DNA of 64,000 nt from Mycolicibacterium sp. (GTDB lineage Bacteria > Actinomycetota > Actinomycetes > Mycobacteriales > Mycobacteriaceae), in NCBI RefSeq assembly GCF_050250295.1, contig NZ_JBFWOX010000012.1. One strand, 5' to 3'. Position 1 is the first letter of the stretch. Every line of letters begins with the position of its first letter. Both the position numbers and the translations under genes were made by a program. Below are positions 9,604-18,856 of the stretch, piece by piece. The notes below the pieces were generated by a model, which saw only the letters and a list, made by a program, of their open reading frames with translations, had not been told where the DNA came from and ran no database searches.

Positions 9604-9706
9604 TTGTTGCCACTTTTCGGTGGCAACTTCGCAAAGTTGCGTACTCCGATCTGCTTCGTTGTTGCCACGGCCTCTGATGGCAAATCCAGATGCCGAGAAT
9701 GGCAAC
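9604..9706. promoter_or_regulatory. Array of TTGCCA/TGGCAA repeats in the divergent fadE / FAD-like-protein intergenic region
   Basis: GTTGCCAC-TTTTCG-GTGGCAAC (9606-9627) is a perfect 8-bp inverted repeat. It overlaps GCAACTT-CGCA-AAGTTGC (9623-9640). TTGTTGCCAC is repeated at 9604 and 9659. Further TGGCAA copies lie at 9678 and 9700. Confidence 0.45.
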
Positions 9707-9812
9707 GGATTGGGTCGAATCGGTTTTTACCGCTATCCTTACTCGGTTCGTTTGAATTAGGTATTCACATCGACAATCAAATGCGATAACGGCAAATTCA
9801 AGGGAAATAACC

Positions 9813-10622
9813 GTGGAGTGGGATCTCGGGTGGGACGACGAAGTGGACGTCGTGTGCACCGACGCCGGCGTCGCGGGCCTGGCCGCGGCCATCGCCGCGG
9901 TCGAAGCCGGGGCCGAGGTCTTCCTGGCCGACGCCTCTGTTCACCAGTCGCTCAGCGCTCCATTGAACCAGCGAGGCTGGTTCGACCCCGACACCGAACA
10001 CAGCGAGTCGGCAGCTTATCTTGCCGAGCTGAGCGCCGACCTCGATCTGGCGATATTGCGTCAGGTCGACCCGGATCTGCCGATCCGGCTGGTACGGGCG
10101 CACCTTGCCCCGGCCGGAAAGGGCGTGCCGCCGCTGTTCGGGTCGGAGCTGCGGCAATGGGCCGCACGTTGCATCCCGTCGCCGTCGGGATACATCTACA
10201 CCCGGATGGCCGACCGGATCTCCACCGCCACGGAGGCCGCCGACGGCGAGCGGTTCGACGTCGCCGAGATCGGCACGATGACGCCCGACCCGGACGACGT
10301 CGCCGGTTCGGTCACCGGCTGGCTGTGGGATCGGGCCCGCGACTGCGGGGTGGTCGCGGAGTCGCACATCGCATTCGACCATCTGGTCATCGCCGAAGGC
10401 ATGGTCGCCGGGGCGGCGTTCCGCACCGCGGACGGACAGGTGACCGTCCGGGCGCGCCATGGCGTGCTGCTGTGCCGCGCCGGTTTTCCCGGCGGCGCGT
10501 CCACGCTCGCCCCCGGTGCCGTGGGCGCGGAGTTCCGGGTGGCGCTGGTCGGCAAGGCGGCCAGCCGGTTCGGCCGCGTCGAGCTGCTCACCTCGGATCC
10601 GGCGGCCTCGGTCAGGACGTGA
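9813..10622 (+). CDS. Conserved hypothetical protein with degenerate N-terminal FAD/Rossmann-like motif
   Basis: GTG start. DVVCTDAGVAGLAAAIAAVEAGAEVFL resembles a dinucleotide-binding fold, but the first Gly of GxGxxG is missing. Function not assignable. Confidence 0.45.
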   Translation: MEWDLGWDDEVDVVCTDAGVAGLAAAIAAVEAGAEVFLADASVHQSLSAPLNQRGWFDPDTEHSESAAYLAELSADLDLAILRQVDPDLPIRLVRAHLAPAGKGVPPLFGSELRQWAARCIPSPSGYIYTRMADRISTATEAADGERFDVAEIGTMTPDPDDVAGSVTGWLWDRARDCGVVAESHIAFDHLVIAEGMVAGAAFRTADGQVTVRARHGVLLCRAGFPGGASTLAPGAVGAEFRVALVGKAASRFGRVELLTSDPAASVRT

Positions 10623-10640
10623 ACGGTCAGGGCTGACGGC

Positions 10641-12485
10641 TCAGAACGTCAGCGGGATGCGTCCCTTGGCCAGCAGCGACTCCATCGCCGGGCCCGCGAT
10701 CGGGCGGGACAACAGGAAGCCCTGCGCCCGATGACATCCGTGGCGCAGCAGTGTGAGCGCGGCGGCCTCGGTCTCCACGCCCTCGGCCACCAGCTCCAAA
10801 CCGAACGCTTCGGCGAGCGCGATGACGGCCCGCACGATCGCCAGGTCGCCGGGGTCTGACCCGAGTTCGCGCACGAAACTCCGGTCGATCTTCAACGTGT
10901 CGACCGGCAACGACTTCAGGTGCGACAACGCGCTGTACCCGGTCCCGAAATCGTCGATCGCCACCCGCACGCCGGCCTCCTTGAGCCCGGCCAGCGTGAT
11001 CCGGGTGGTCTCGATGTCCTGCACCACCACGCTCTCCGTGATCTCCAGGCACACCGATCCGCGTTCCAGGTCGAACTCCTTCATGATGTCGGCGACCGAA
11101 TCGACGAAACCGTCGGTGACCAGTTGCACCGGAGAGACATTGACCCGGAGCACACAGTTCCTGCCCACACCTCGCGACAGCCAACCGGCGTATTCGGCAC
11201 ACGCGGTGCGCAGCACCCACCGGCCCAGCTCACCGGCGAGGTTGATCGACTCGGCGACCCCGATGAAGGAGTCCGGGGACAGCAGGCCGCGGGTCGGGTG
11301 CTGCCAGCGCACCAGGGCCTCGGCGGCCAGCACGTCGCCGGTGCGCATGTCGACCTCGGGTAGGAAGTGCAGCAGCAGCGCGCCGTTCTCGATCACGCTC
11401 TGCAGGTGCAGCTCGATGTCGTTGCGGAACTCGCTCTTCATCGACATGTCGTCGGTGAACAACGCGACCTGGTTGCCGCCCGAACTCTTGGCGGTCAGCA
11501 CCGCCTGGTCGGCGCGTCGCAGCAGGTCCGATGTGGCGTCCTGGCCCGGGATCCCGAGCGCCACCCCGATGCTGACCGTGCGGGTGAGCATCTCCCCGTC
11601 GATCGACACGCGCTCCCGCAGCGCCGCCTGCAGCCGGTAGGCCAGGGCCTCGGCCTCCTCGGCGGCCATCGGGGTGGTGGGCACGACGACGAACTCGTCG
11701 CCGCCGAGCCGGGCGATGAAATTCGGTCCGTCGGCGCCGCGGCGAAGACGCTCCGCCAGGACGCGGATGAACCAGTCGCCCGCGGTGTGGCCGAGGTAGT
11801 CGTTGATCGCCTTGAGCCGGTCGAGGTCGAAGAACAGCGCCGACACCGGGCCCGGTTGGCCCTGGGCGAGGCGCTCGTCGAGGTGCGCCAGCAGTGCCCT
11901 GCGGTTGTAGAGCCCGGTCAGGTCGTCGTGCTCGGCCAGGTAGCGCAGCTGCTCCTCGGCCTGCACCCGGGCCTGCACCTGCGCGAACAGCGAGGCGATG
12001 GCCTCCAGGGCGCTGAGCTCGTCGGGATTCCACTCGCGGTCGCCGAACTTGATGAAGCCGATCGCACCGGTGGTGACCTCGCCGGACAGCAGCGGCGCCG
12101 CCGCCATGGACGTCGCCGGGATGGACCGGCTCTCCTCGATGCGCTTCTGATAGTCGTCGGTGGCGGGCTCGGGTCGCAGCACCACCGGTTTCTTGGCGTG
12201 CTCGGACACCGCGAAGACCGGGTCGGCGTCGGCGAAGTAGACCAGCGCGAGCGGGTCCGGATCGGGGATGTCGGGCCGGACCGGCCATTCGGCGATCAGC
12301 CTGGAGGCCCGGATCGAATGGTCGTTGTACCGGAGGAAGCTGGCGTCGACGCCGAGGAAGGAGTTGAGATCGGCGAGCACGCGCTGCGTGACCTGAACCG
12401 ACGTTGCCGCGGTCGCCGCCATCAGCTGAGTGGCCACGGAGGTGACGACCAGGTCGAGGCTGCGAGGGGATGCGTTCTCTGACAT
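10641..12485 (-). CDS. GAF-GGDEF-EAL bifunctional c-di-GMP turnover protein
   Basis: 614 aa. N-terminal GAF-like region, then GGDEF (DDLTGLYNRR, RLGGDEFVVV), then EAL (AAEALVRW, DDFGTGYS). Confidence 0.9.
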   Translation of the reverse strand: MSENASPRSLDLVVTSVATQLMAATAATSVQVTQRVLADLNSFLGVDASFLRYNDHSIRASRLIAEWPVRPDIPDPDPLALVYFADADPVFAVSEHAKKPVVLRPEPATDDYQKRIEESRSIPATSMAAAPLLSGEVTTGAIGFIKFGDREWNPDELSALEAIASLFAQVQARVQAEEQLRYLAEHDDLTGLYNRRALLAHLDERLAQGQPGPVSALFFDLDRLKAINDYLGHTAGDWFIRVLAERLRRGADGPNFIARLGGDEFVVVPTTPMAAEEAEALAYRLQAALRERVSIDGEMLTRTVSIGVALGIPGQDATSDLLRRADQAVLTAKSSGGNQVALFTDDMSMKSEFRNDIELHLQSVIENGALLLHFLPEVDMRTGDVLAAEALVRWQHPTRGLLSPDSFIGVAESINLAGELGRWVLRTACAEYAGWLSRGVGRNCVLRVNVSPVQLVTDGFVDSVADIMKEFDLERGSVCLEITESVVVQDIETTRITLAGLKEAGVRVAIDDFGTGYSALSHLKSLPVDTLKIDRSFVRELGSDPGDLAIVRAVIALAEAFGLELVAEGVETEAAALTLLRHGCHRAQGFLLSRPIAGPAMESLLAKGRIPLTF

Positions 12486-12793
12486 CGTGCAGTCAGACTA
12501 CGGGTGGCGCAGCCGTTGCGGCCGGGCGCCGCGAGCAACGTGTCGGTGGCGACAGCGCCGCGACCTGTGGCAGGAGCGCGCTGCGGGTGACACCAGACGG
12601 TTCGGCTGTCAGCTGACCAACGCCCGTCGGCATAGCGCTGAGCAGCACCGCGAATGGCGTTGACAGCTCGGGAGGTTCGCCGCCAGGGCGGCCGCCGGGC
12701 CGAAACCGCAGGGTCGGCACCGCGGCAGGGTGACCGATCCGGTGTGCCGAAGTGCACATCCGGCTGATCCCGCGACCTCGCCCCGCGCCGGGC

Positions 12794-13543
12794 TTACAAC
12801 GCTTGGTCGCGGAGTGAGCCGCCGGCCGCGGCCGCCGGCATCGACCGGTCCATGGCGAGGATCTCGTTGAAGATCTTCGACACCTGCGCCGGCTCGGCGT
12901 GCTGGATGAAGGTGCGCCGGTCCCACCACATCATCTTGGTGCGGTACCGCGGGTCGGGATACGGCGTCGCCGGGATCGCGGCGACGACGCCGCCGGAGGA
13001 CTTCCATTTGTCCAACACGTGGGCCGCCGACGTGGCCATGCAGAACTGCAGGTCCATGGCGGCCATCGCCTGGAAGGCGGTGCGCGCCAGCACCCGCGTC
13101 ACCCCCTTGGAGCGGTCGGCGTCATCGGTGACGAACGCCGACTTCATCTCCAGGATCCCGAACGGGACCCGGTCACTGATCATCTTCCGGACCGCCGTCA
13201 GCCCGGGCTGACCTTCCCATTCGACGACGGCGTGCGAATCCTCGGGGCAGGTCAGCGGTCCTTTCGCGCGGACCCCGCCGATCACCCGGCCCTCGCCGTC
13301 CAGCGCCGCCCAGAACAGTGCGGTGTCGTGCCCGTCCCGGATGGTGTCCATCTCCAGCGCGCACTCGACGCCGTGCTTGCGGTAGCTGCGTTCGGCACCG
13401 CGAAGGTATTCGTCCCATAAACCGGGGTCCAGATCGGGCTGCGACATCACCAACGTGCATTCCGCGTCGTCGTCCCACCAGCTGTGCCGACGGGAAAGGC
13501 GGAATTCGTTGAGGGGGGCGGGCTCGAGTGGCGCGATCGACAT
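12794..13543 (-). CDS. Hypothetical GNAT-fold protein, LuxI/FeeM-type N-acyl synthase-like (tentative)
   Basis: ORF 12794..13573 (TTG start); I prefer ATG 13543. The segments EMDTIRDGHDTALFWAALDGEGRVIGGVRA, ILEMKSAFV and RSKGVTRVLARTAF resemble the autoinducer-synthase/GNAT core by eye. No search was possible. Confidence 0.4.
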   Translation of the reverse strand: MSIAPLEPAPLNEFRLSRRHSWWDDDAECTLVMSQPDLDPGLWDEYLRGAERSYRKHGVECALEMDTIRDGHDTALFWAALDGEGRVIGGVRAKGPLTCPEDSHAVVEWEGQPGLTAVRKMISDRVPFGILEMKSAFVTDDADRSKGVTRVLARTAFQAMAAMDLQFCMATSAAHVLDKWKSSGGVVAAIPATPYPDPRYRTKMMWWDRRTFIQHAEPAQVSKIFNEILAMDRSMPAAAAGGSLRDQAL

Positions 13544-14120
13544 GTTTTTCCCATCGTTGGGCAGAAGGCGCAAAGCGGAAGCGCCCGGCTGCCTACCATC
13601 TGTTTTCGGCTAGGGGGGTGAATACGACAAGATCAGTATGTCGCGTTACGACTCGAATTCCAGCTAGCCGATGAATATTTTCTCATTTCCGGATTGTCTG
13701 TTAACAATCCGGTGGCTCCACGGTGTGCCCGTGATCTGCGCTCGGCAAGCTCGAATTCGGGAGACTTGACTGGTCTCGACGGCGCAATTCAACGTCAGCG
13801 AACCCAGGTCGAGTGGACTTTTATCATTTCAGGTGCTCGGGCGGCTTTTGGAAGCCGATTCGCTAACGAGGCACCTGAGCCGTCGGTATTCGGGCCGGGC
13901 CTCACAGCGGGTCGGTTCGCGGCCCCGGCGGACGCTCCCGCGGGCCCGGTGATTCGTCGATCTGACCACTTAGCTACCTCGCACCGGTGCAACCGATGGC
14001 ACGACCGATGGCCAACCGTCGGTCAATACCGCTGGGGCGCTGTGGCACTGTGAGAGCCGCACCATTTCGACTCGGAGATATCGAGGCCGCCCCGGCGGCC
14101 CCGGCCACAGGGAGGTAGCC

Positions 14121-14573
14121 GTGAAGAAGTTCAACGATCTGGCGGAGTTCGTCGCCGCCGAAGGCAGCGAGCTGGGTCCGACGGAATGGCTGGAGATCAC
14201 CCAGGACCGCGTCAACTTGTTCGCCGATGCGACCGATGACCATCAGTGGATCCATGTCGATCCGGCCCGCGCGGCGGAGGGGCCCTTCGGCGGCACCATC
14301 GCGCACGGGCTGCTGACGCTGTCGCTGATCCCGCACTTCACCCATCAGCTGTACTCGGTCGGCAACGTCGCCATGGCGATCAACTACGGCTACAACAAGG
14401 TCCGGTTCATCACGCCGGTCCGGGTCGGCGCCAAGCTGCGGGCGCGCGCGCAGATCACGGCGATCACCCAACTCGACAGCGCCGTGCAGGCCACCTTGGC
14501 CACGACGGTGGAGATCGAGGGTTCCGACAAGCCGGCGGCGGTGGCCGAATCGATCGTGCGGTTCATCGGCTGA
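14121..14573 (+). CDS. MaoC-like (R)-specific enoyl-CoA hydratase, single hot-dog
   Basis: GTG start after GGGAGG. Motif DDHQWIHVDPARAAEGPFGGTIAHGLLT. Confidence 0.85.
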   Translation: MKKFNDLAEFVAAEGSELGPTEWLEITQDRVNLFADATDDHQWIHVDPARAAEGPFGGTIAHGLLTLSLIPHFTHQLYSVGNVAMAINYGYNKVRFITPVRVGAKLRARAQITAITQLDSAVQATLATTVEIEGSDKPAAVAESIVRFIG

Positions 14574-14646
14574 GGTCGCGCCGTTCACGAGCGTCAGCCG
14601 CCGTTGACGTACGTCAAAAGGGCTCGTAGATTGCCTTTCGGCGTGA

Positions 14647-15671
14647 GGAGTGACGGTCCATCAGGTCGGCGGGAACTGGTCCTTCGGTAACCCGAACGGC
14701 CACAGCAGCGCCTACCGGTCGCTGCACATCGACACCTCCAGGCCCGGCTGTCACTGCGCGACTACCCGATGCCCGGGCGGTATCCGGAGTTCCCGCACCA
14801 CTCCCAGGTGAAGGCCTACCTCGACGAGTACGCCGACGTGTTCGGGCTGCGCGAGGCCATCGAGTTCGGCAACGGCGTGGTCCGCGCCAGCCGCTGCGAC
14901 GGGCGCGGTGCGCACGGTGGCTGGCGGATACTCGCCCAGGCCGGTGCCGAGCGGCGCTTCGACCTCTTGGTCGTCGCCAACGGACGGATCGTGCCGAAGT
15001 ACATCGCCGGGCGTCCGGGTGACACCTTCTGGCGGACCACGCCCTATCTACCGCTGTCCTGACAGCGCAAGGCGGTGCAACTCGTCGCGCCGATGCTGGG
15101 CACCGATCCGAGGCGCTACGGCCTGCCGCCGGCCGATCACAAACTGTTCGAGGCCCATCCCACCCAGTCGGTGGAGTTGCCGCTGCGGCTGGGACCCGGC
15201 GACGTGACCCCCAAACCCAACGTGGCCCGCCTGGACGGACACACCGTGCACTTCGTCGACGGCAGCAGCGCCGACTTCGACGTGATCGTCTACGCGACCG
15301 GATAGAACATCACGTTCCCGTGCCCGGACTTCGTCAGCGCACTCGACAACCACATCCGGCTCTACAAGCAGATGTTCGTGCCCGGCATCGACGACCTGGT
15401 GTTCATCGGGTTCGCGCAGGCGGTGCCGACGTTGTTCCCGTTCGTCGAATGCCAGTCGCGGCTGCTGGCCGTCTACGCCGTCGGCCGCTACGCGCTGCCG
15501 TCCGTCGACGAGATGGAACGGACCATCGACGCCGACCAGCGACTGCACGCCGGGCACTGCACCGACCGGCCCCGCCACACCCAGCAGGTGGATTACTACG
15601 TCTACGAACACGACCTGCGCAAGCGCGAACTGCCCGCAGGCCTGCGCCGCGCGCAACCGGTGGCGCGGTGA
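14647..15671 (+). pseudogene. Decayed flavin-containing monooxygenase (FMO-like) gene
   Basis: Fragments lie in three frames: QVGGNWSFGNPNGHSSAYRSLHIDTSR, MPGRYPEFPHHSQVKAYLDEYADVFGL...LLVVANG, and DFDVIVYATG*NITFP...FIGFAQ. No N-terminal GxGxxG is present. There is a frameshift near 14742, the central NADPH-binding region is missing, and an in-frame TAG lies at 15303-15305. Confidence 0.75.
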
Positions 15672-15975
15672 CCCGGCTCCAGGTCCGCTTCCGCAGCGGC
15701 CAAGACCTCTGCAACGCTTGGCATTTCACCAGTGGTGAGGCCGGACGGCCGGTCGTGGTGATGGCGCACGGATTCGGCAGCACCAAGGACTCGGGCTGGC
15801 ACCGTTCGCCGAGCGGTTCGTTTCGGCCGGCCTCGACGTGTTGGCCTTCGACTACCGCGGCTTCGGTGACTCCGAAGGGACACCACGGCAATCGCTTTCG
15901 GTCGCCCGCCCGGCGGGGGCACCCGTGGTTCGACAAGGCGGTAGCCGACCAGATCGCGTTCCTGGCCCGGGTGCT
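15668..15975 (+). pseudogene. Remnant of an alpha/beta-hydrolase gene
   Basis: GTG 15668 overlaps the preceding TGA. RPVVVMAHGFGSTKDSG is followed, after a 1-nt frameshift near 15795, by LAPFAERFVSAGLDVLAFDYRGFGDSEG. The nucleophile elbow and most of the C-terminal half are missing. The remnant runs into the convergent SDR gene. Confidence 0.6.
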
Positions 15976-16790
15976 CAGTACTGCGTCGAGCCCAGGTCGA
16001 CCGGGATCGCTGCGGCCGTAACGTATCTCGACTCGTCACTGGCCAGCCAGCACACCGCGTCGGCGATGTCGTCGGGTTGAGCCACCCAATCGGGCAGGAA
16101 CGGCGTCATCATGTGCGACAGCGCCGGGTTCGTCTCGGCGGCGCGGGTCAGCTCGCTCACCATGTCACCGGTGCCCATGCCGGTGTTGACCGGGCCGGGG
16201 TGCAGGCTGTTCACCCGGATCGCGTGCTTGCCGAGCTCGGCGGCGAACGCGCGCGCCATCCCGGTCACCGCGTGCTTGCTGGTGGTGTAGTGCAGCATGA
16301 ACGGCTGCATCTTCATCCCGGCCGCCGAGCTGATCAGGATGATCGAGCCGCCCCGGCCGCCGGCGATGATCTGGTCCGCCCCCGCCATCACCGTGTTCCA
16401 GGTGCCGGTCACGTTGACGTCGATGACGTCGCGGAAATCCTCCGGGCGGATCTGGTCCCAGGTCTGCGGGGCGGCGATGCCGGCGTTGGCGACGATGACG
16501 TCCAGCCGGCCGAACCGTGCGACACCGGCCGCCACCGCGTCGCGCAGACCGGCGGCGTCGCGGGTGTCGACCGCCGCGGTGTGGATGCGTCGGCCGGTCT
16601 TCTCGACCAGCCGCACCGTCTCGTCGAGATCCGCCCGCGTCGCGGAGTCATACCGCACGCACGGCGGCAGCGGCCCGGCGATGTCGACGGCGATGATGTC
16701 GGCGCCTTCGGTCGCCATCCGCACCGCGTGCGCGCGGCCCTGCCCGCGGGCCGCGCCGGTGATGAACGCGACCCGGCCCTCGAGCCTCAT
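15975..16790 (-). CDS. SDR oxidoreductase of the mycofactocin-coupled (carveol dehydrogenase-like) type
   Basis: Motifs ITGAARGQGRAHA, NAGI and YTTSKHA, with a C-terminal VDLGSTQY tail. The AARGQGRAHA signature is what I associate with that SDR subfamily. Confidence 0.8.
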   Translation of the reverse strand: MRLEGRVAFITGAARGQGRAHAVRMATEGADIIAVDIAGPLPPCVRYDSATRADLDETVRLVEKTGRRIHTAAVDTRDAAGLRDAVAAGVARFGRLDVIVANAGIAAPQTWDQIRPEDFRDVIDVNVTGTWNTVMAGADQIIAGGRGGSIILISSAAGMKMQPFMLHYTTSKHAVTGMARAFAAELGKHAIRVNSLHPGPVNTGMGTGDMVSELTRAAETNPALSHMMTPFLPDWVAQPDDIADAVCWLASDESRYVTAAAIPVDLGSTQY

Positions 16791-16818
16791 CGCGTTCCTC
16801 TGCTCTTCGCGCGAGCGC

Positions 16819-17982
16819 TCATCGTGACGCCGCCCTGACGAGTCCGCCCCCGATGATCAACCGCTGGATCTCGCTGGTGCCCTCGTAGAGCCGCAACAGC
16901 CGCACGTCGCGGTAGATCCGCTCCACCGGGACATCGCGCATGTAGCCGCTGCCACCGTGCACCTGGACCGCGAGATCGGCGACCTTGCCCGCCATTTCGG
17001 TGCAGAAGAGCTTGGCCACCGATGGGGCGATCCGGCGGTCCTCGCCGCTGACCCACTTGCTCGCGGCGTCGCGGACCAGCGCGCGGCCCGCCATCACCCC
17101 GGTCTGCTGGTCGGCGAGCATCGCCTGCACGAGCTGGAACTCGCCGATCGGGACACCGCCTTGGGTCGCGGTCGCGGCGTAGGCCACCGACTCGTCGAGC
17201 GCGCGCTGCGCCGCGCCGACCGACAGCGCGGCGATGTGCACCCGGCCCCGCGCCAGCGAGGTCATCGCCGCGCGGTAACCGATGTCCTCGGCGCCACCCA
17301 CCAGCGCGCCGGCGGGCACCCGGACGTCGGTGAAGCTGACGTCGGCCGTCCACGCCCCTTCCTGTCCCATCTTCTTGTCCTTGCCGCCCACCTCCACCCC
17401 CGGGGTGTCGGCGGGAACGAGGAACACCGCGATCCCGGCGCCGTCGGCGTCGGCGGGCCGGCACCGGGCGAACGTGATGAACAGATCGGCGGTCGGGGCG
17501 TTGGTGATGAACCGCTTCTGGCCGTTGATGATCCAGTCGCCGCCGTGGCGCTCGGCGGCGCTGCGCAGGCCGGACGGGTTCGAGCCCGCCCCCGGTTCGG
17601 TGAGCGCGAACGAGGCGACGACGTCGCCGGAGGCGATGCGCTCGAGCCACGCCGCCTTCTGTTCGTCGGTGCCGTAGCCGACCAGGACCTGCCCGGCGAT
17701 GCCGTTGTTGGTGCCGAACATCGAGCGCAACGCCAACGACGTGTACCCGAGCTCCATCGCGAGCTCGACGTCCTGGGCCAGGTTCAACCCGAGGCCACCC
17801 CACTGCTGGGGGATCGCATAGCCGAACAGGCCCATCGCCTTGGCCTGGGCGCGCAAATCGTCGGGCACCCGGTCCTCGGTCAGGATCTCCTGTTCGCGCG
17901 GCACCACCGCGGAGCGGACGAAGTGGCGAGTCTGGGCGAGGATGTCGCGGAAATCCTCGTCGCCGACGTCGGCGGTAGTCAT
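16819..17982 (-). CDS. Acyl-CoA dehydrogenase (canonical)
   Basis: 387 aa. Motifs [17 protein letters not shown], and [13 protein letters not shown] with the canonical catalytic Glu. Confidence 0.9.
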   Translation of the reverse strand: MTTADVGDEDFRDILAQTRHFVRSAVVPREQEILTEDRVPDDLRAQAKAMGLFGYAIPQQWGGLGLNLAQDVELAMELGYTSLALRSMFGTNNGIAGQVLVGYGTDEQKAAWLERIASGDVVASFALTEPGAGSNPSGLRSAAERHGGDWIINGQKRFITNAPTADLFITFARCRPADADGAGIAVFLVPADTPGVEVGGKDKKMGQEGAWTADVSFTDVRVPAGALVGGAEDIGYRAAMTSLARGRVHIAALSVGAAQRALDESVAYAATATQGGVPIGEFQLVQAMLADQQTGVMAGRALVRDAASKWVSGEDRRIAPSVAKLFCTEMAGKVADLAVQVHGGSGYMRDVPVERIYRDVRLLRLYEGTSEIQRLIIGGGLVRAASR

Positions 17983-18042
17983 CGTGGGGGTGCTCCTGTG
18001 CTCGGGCCCGTCAGGGAACAGCGGGGGCGCAGTCGAGCCAAT

Positions 18043-18061
18043 ATCGTATATGAAATACGAT
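18043..18061. promoter_or_regulatory. Perfect palindrome ATCGTAT-ATGAA-ATACGAT in the divergent fadE / fabG-like promoter region
   Basis: Read directly at 18043-18061. It has the same 8-3-8 geometry as the TACTGTAA-N3-TTACAGTA sites but different bases. Confidence 0.4.
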
Positions 18062-18115
18062 CATCGCCTGGACGGTGCGTCCGGTTCTGTCGGTCACGAG
18101 GATGGGTGGACGAAG

Positions 18116-18856
18116 GTGTCGTTGCTGTCAGGTCGAGTCGCGGTGATCACCGGGGGAGCGCAGGGGTTGGGCCTGGCCATCGCACAACGCTTCGTGGCCG
18201 AGGGTGCGCGAGTCGTGCTCGGTGACGTCAACCTCGAAGCCACCCGGGCCGCCGCCGACGAGCTCGGTGGCGCGGACGTCGCTCGCGCGGTGCGCTGCGA
18301 CGTCACCAGCTCGGCGGAGGTCGACGCGTTGGTCGCCGATGCCGTCGACGGTTTCGGCGGACTTGACATCATGGTCAACAACGCCGGCATCACCCGCGAC
18401 GCGACGATGCGCAAGATGACCGAGGACCAGTTCGACCAGGTGATCGCGGTGCACGTGAAGGGCACCTGGAACGGTCTGCGCGCCGCGGCCGCGGTGATGC
18501 GCGAACAGAAGCGCGGCGCGATCGTGAACATGTCGTCGATCTCGGGCAAGGTCGGCATGATCGGGCAGACCAACTACTCCGCGGCCAAGGCCGGCATCGT
18601 CGGCATGACCAAGGCGGCGTCCAAGGAACTGGCCTACCTCGGGGTGCGGGTCAACGCGATCCAGCCCGGGCTGATCCGCTCGGCGATGACAGAAGCCATG
18701 CCGCAACGCATTTGGGACTCCAAGGTGGCCGAGGTCCCGCTGGGGCGGGCGGGCGAGCCCGAGGAGGTCGCCAACGTCGCGCTGTTCCTGGCCTCGGACC
18801 TGTCGTCCTACATGACCGGCACGGTCCTCGAGGTCACCGGGGGGCGTCACCTCTGA
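18116..18856 (+). CDS. 3-oxoacyl-(ACP/CoA) reductase-like SDR (FabG family)
   Basis: GTG 18116 lies within ORF 17840..18856. Motifs [24 protein letters not shown]. Confidence 0.85.
   Translation: MSLLSGRVAVITGGAQGLGLAIAQRFVAEGARVVLGDVNLEATRAAADELGGADVARAVRCDVTSSAEVDALVADAVDGFGGLDIMVNNAGITRDATMRKMTEDQFDQVIAVHVKGTWNGLRAAAAVMREQKRGAIVNMSSISGKVGMIGQTNYSAAKAGIVGMTKAASKELAYLGVRVNAIQPGLIRSAMTEAMPQRIWDSKVAEVPLGRAGEPEEVANVALFLASDLSSYMTGTVLEVTGGRHL

Noticed and set aside
9621-9640. A sigma-54-like TGGCA...TTGC pattern (TGGCAACTTCGCAAAGTTGC).
   Set aside because: The GG to GC spacing is 17 nt rather than 12. Actinobacteria are not known to encode RpoN. It is better explained as inverted repeats.
13694-14053. 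A 119-aa ORF in the long intergenic gap.
   Set aside because: It has a TTG start, no RBS, no recognisable motif and an atypical composition. It is treated as non-coding pending expression data.
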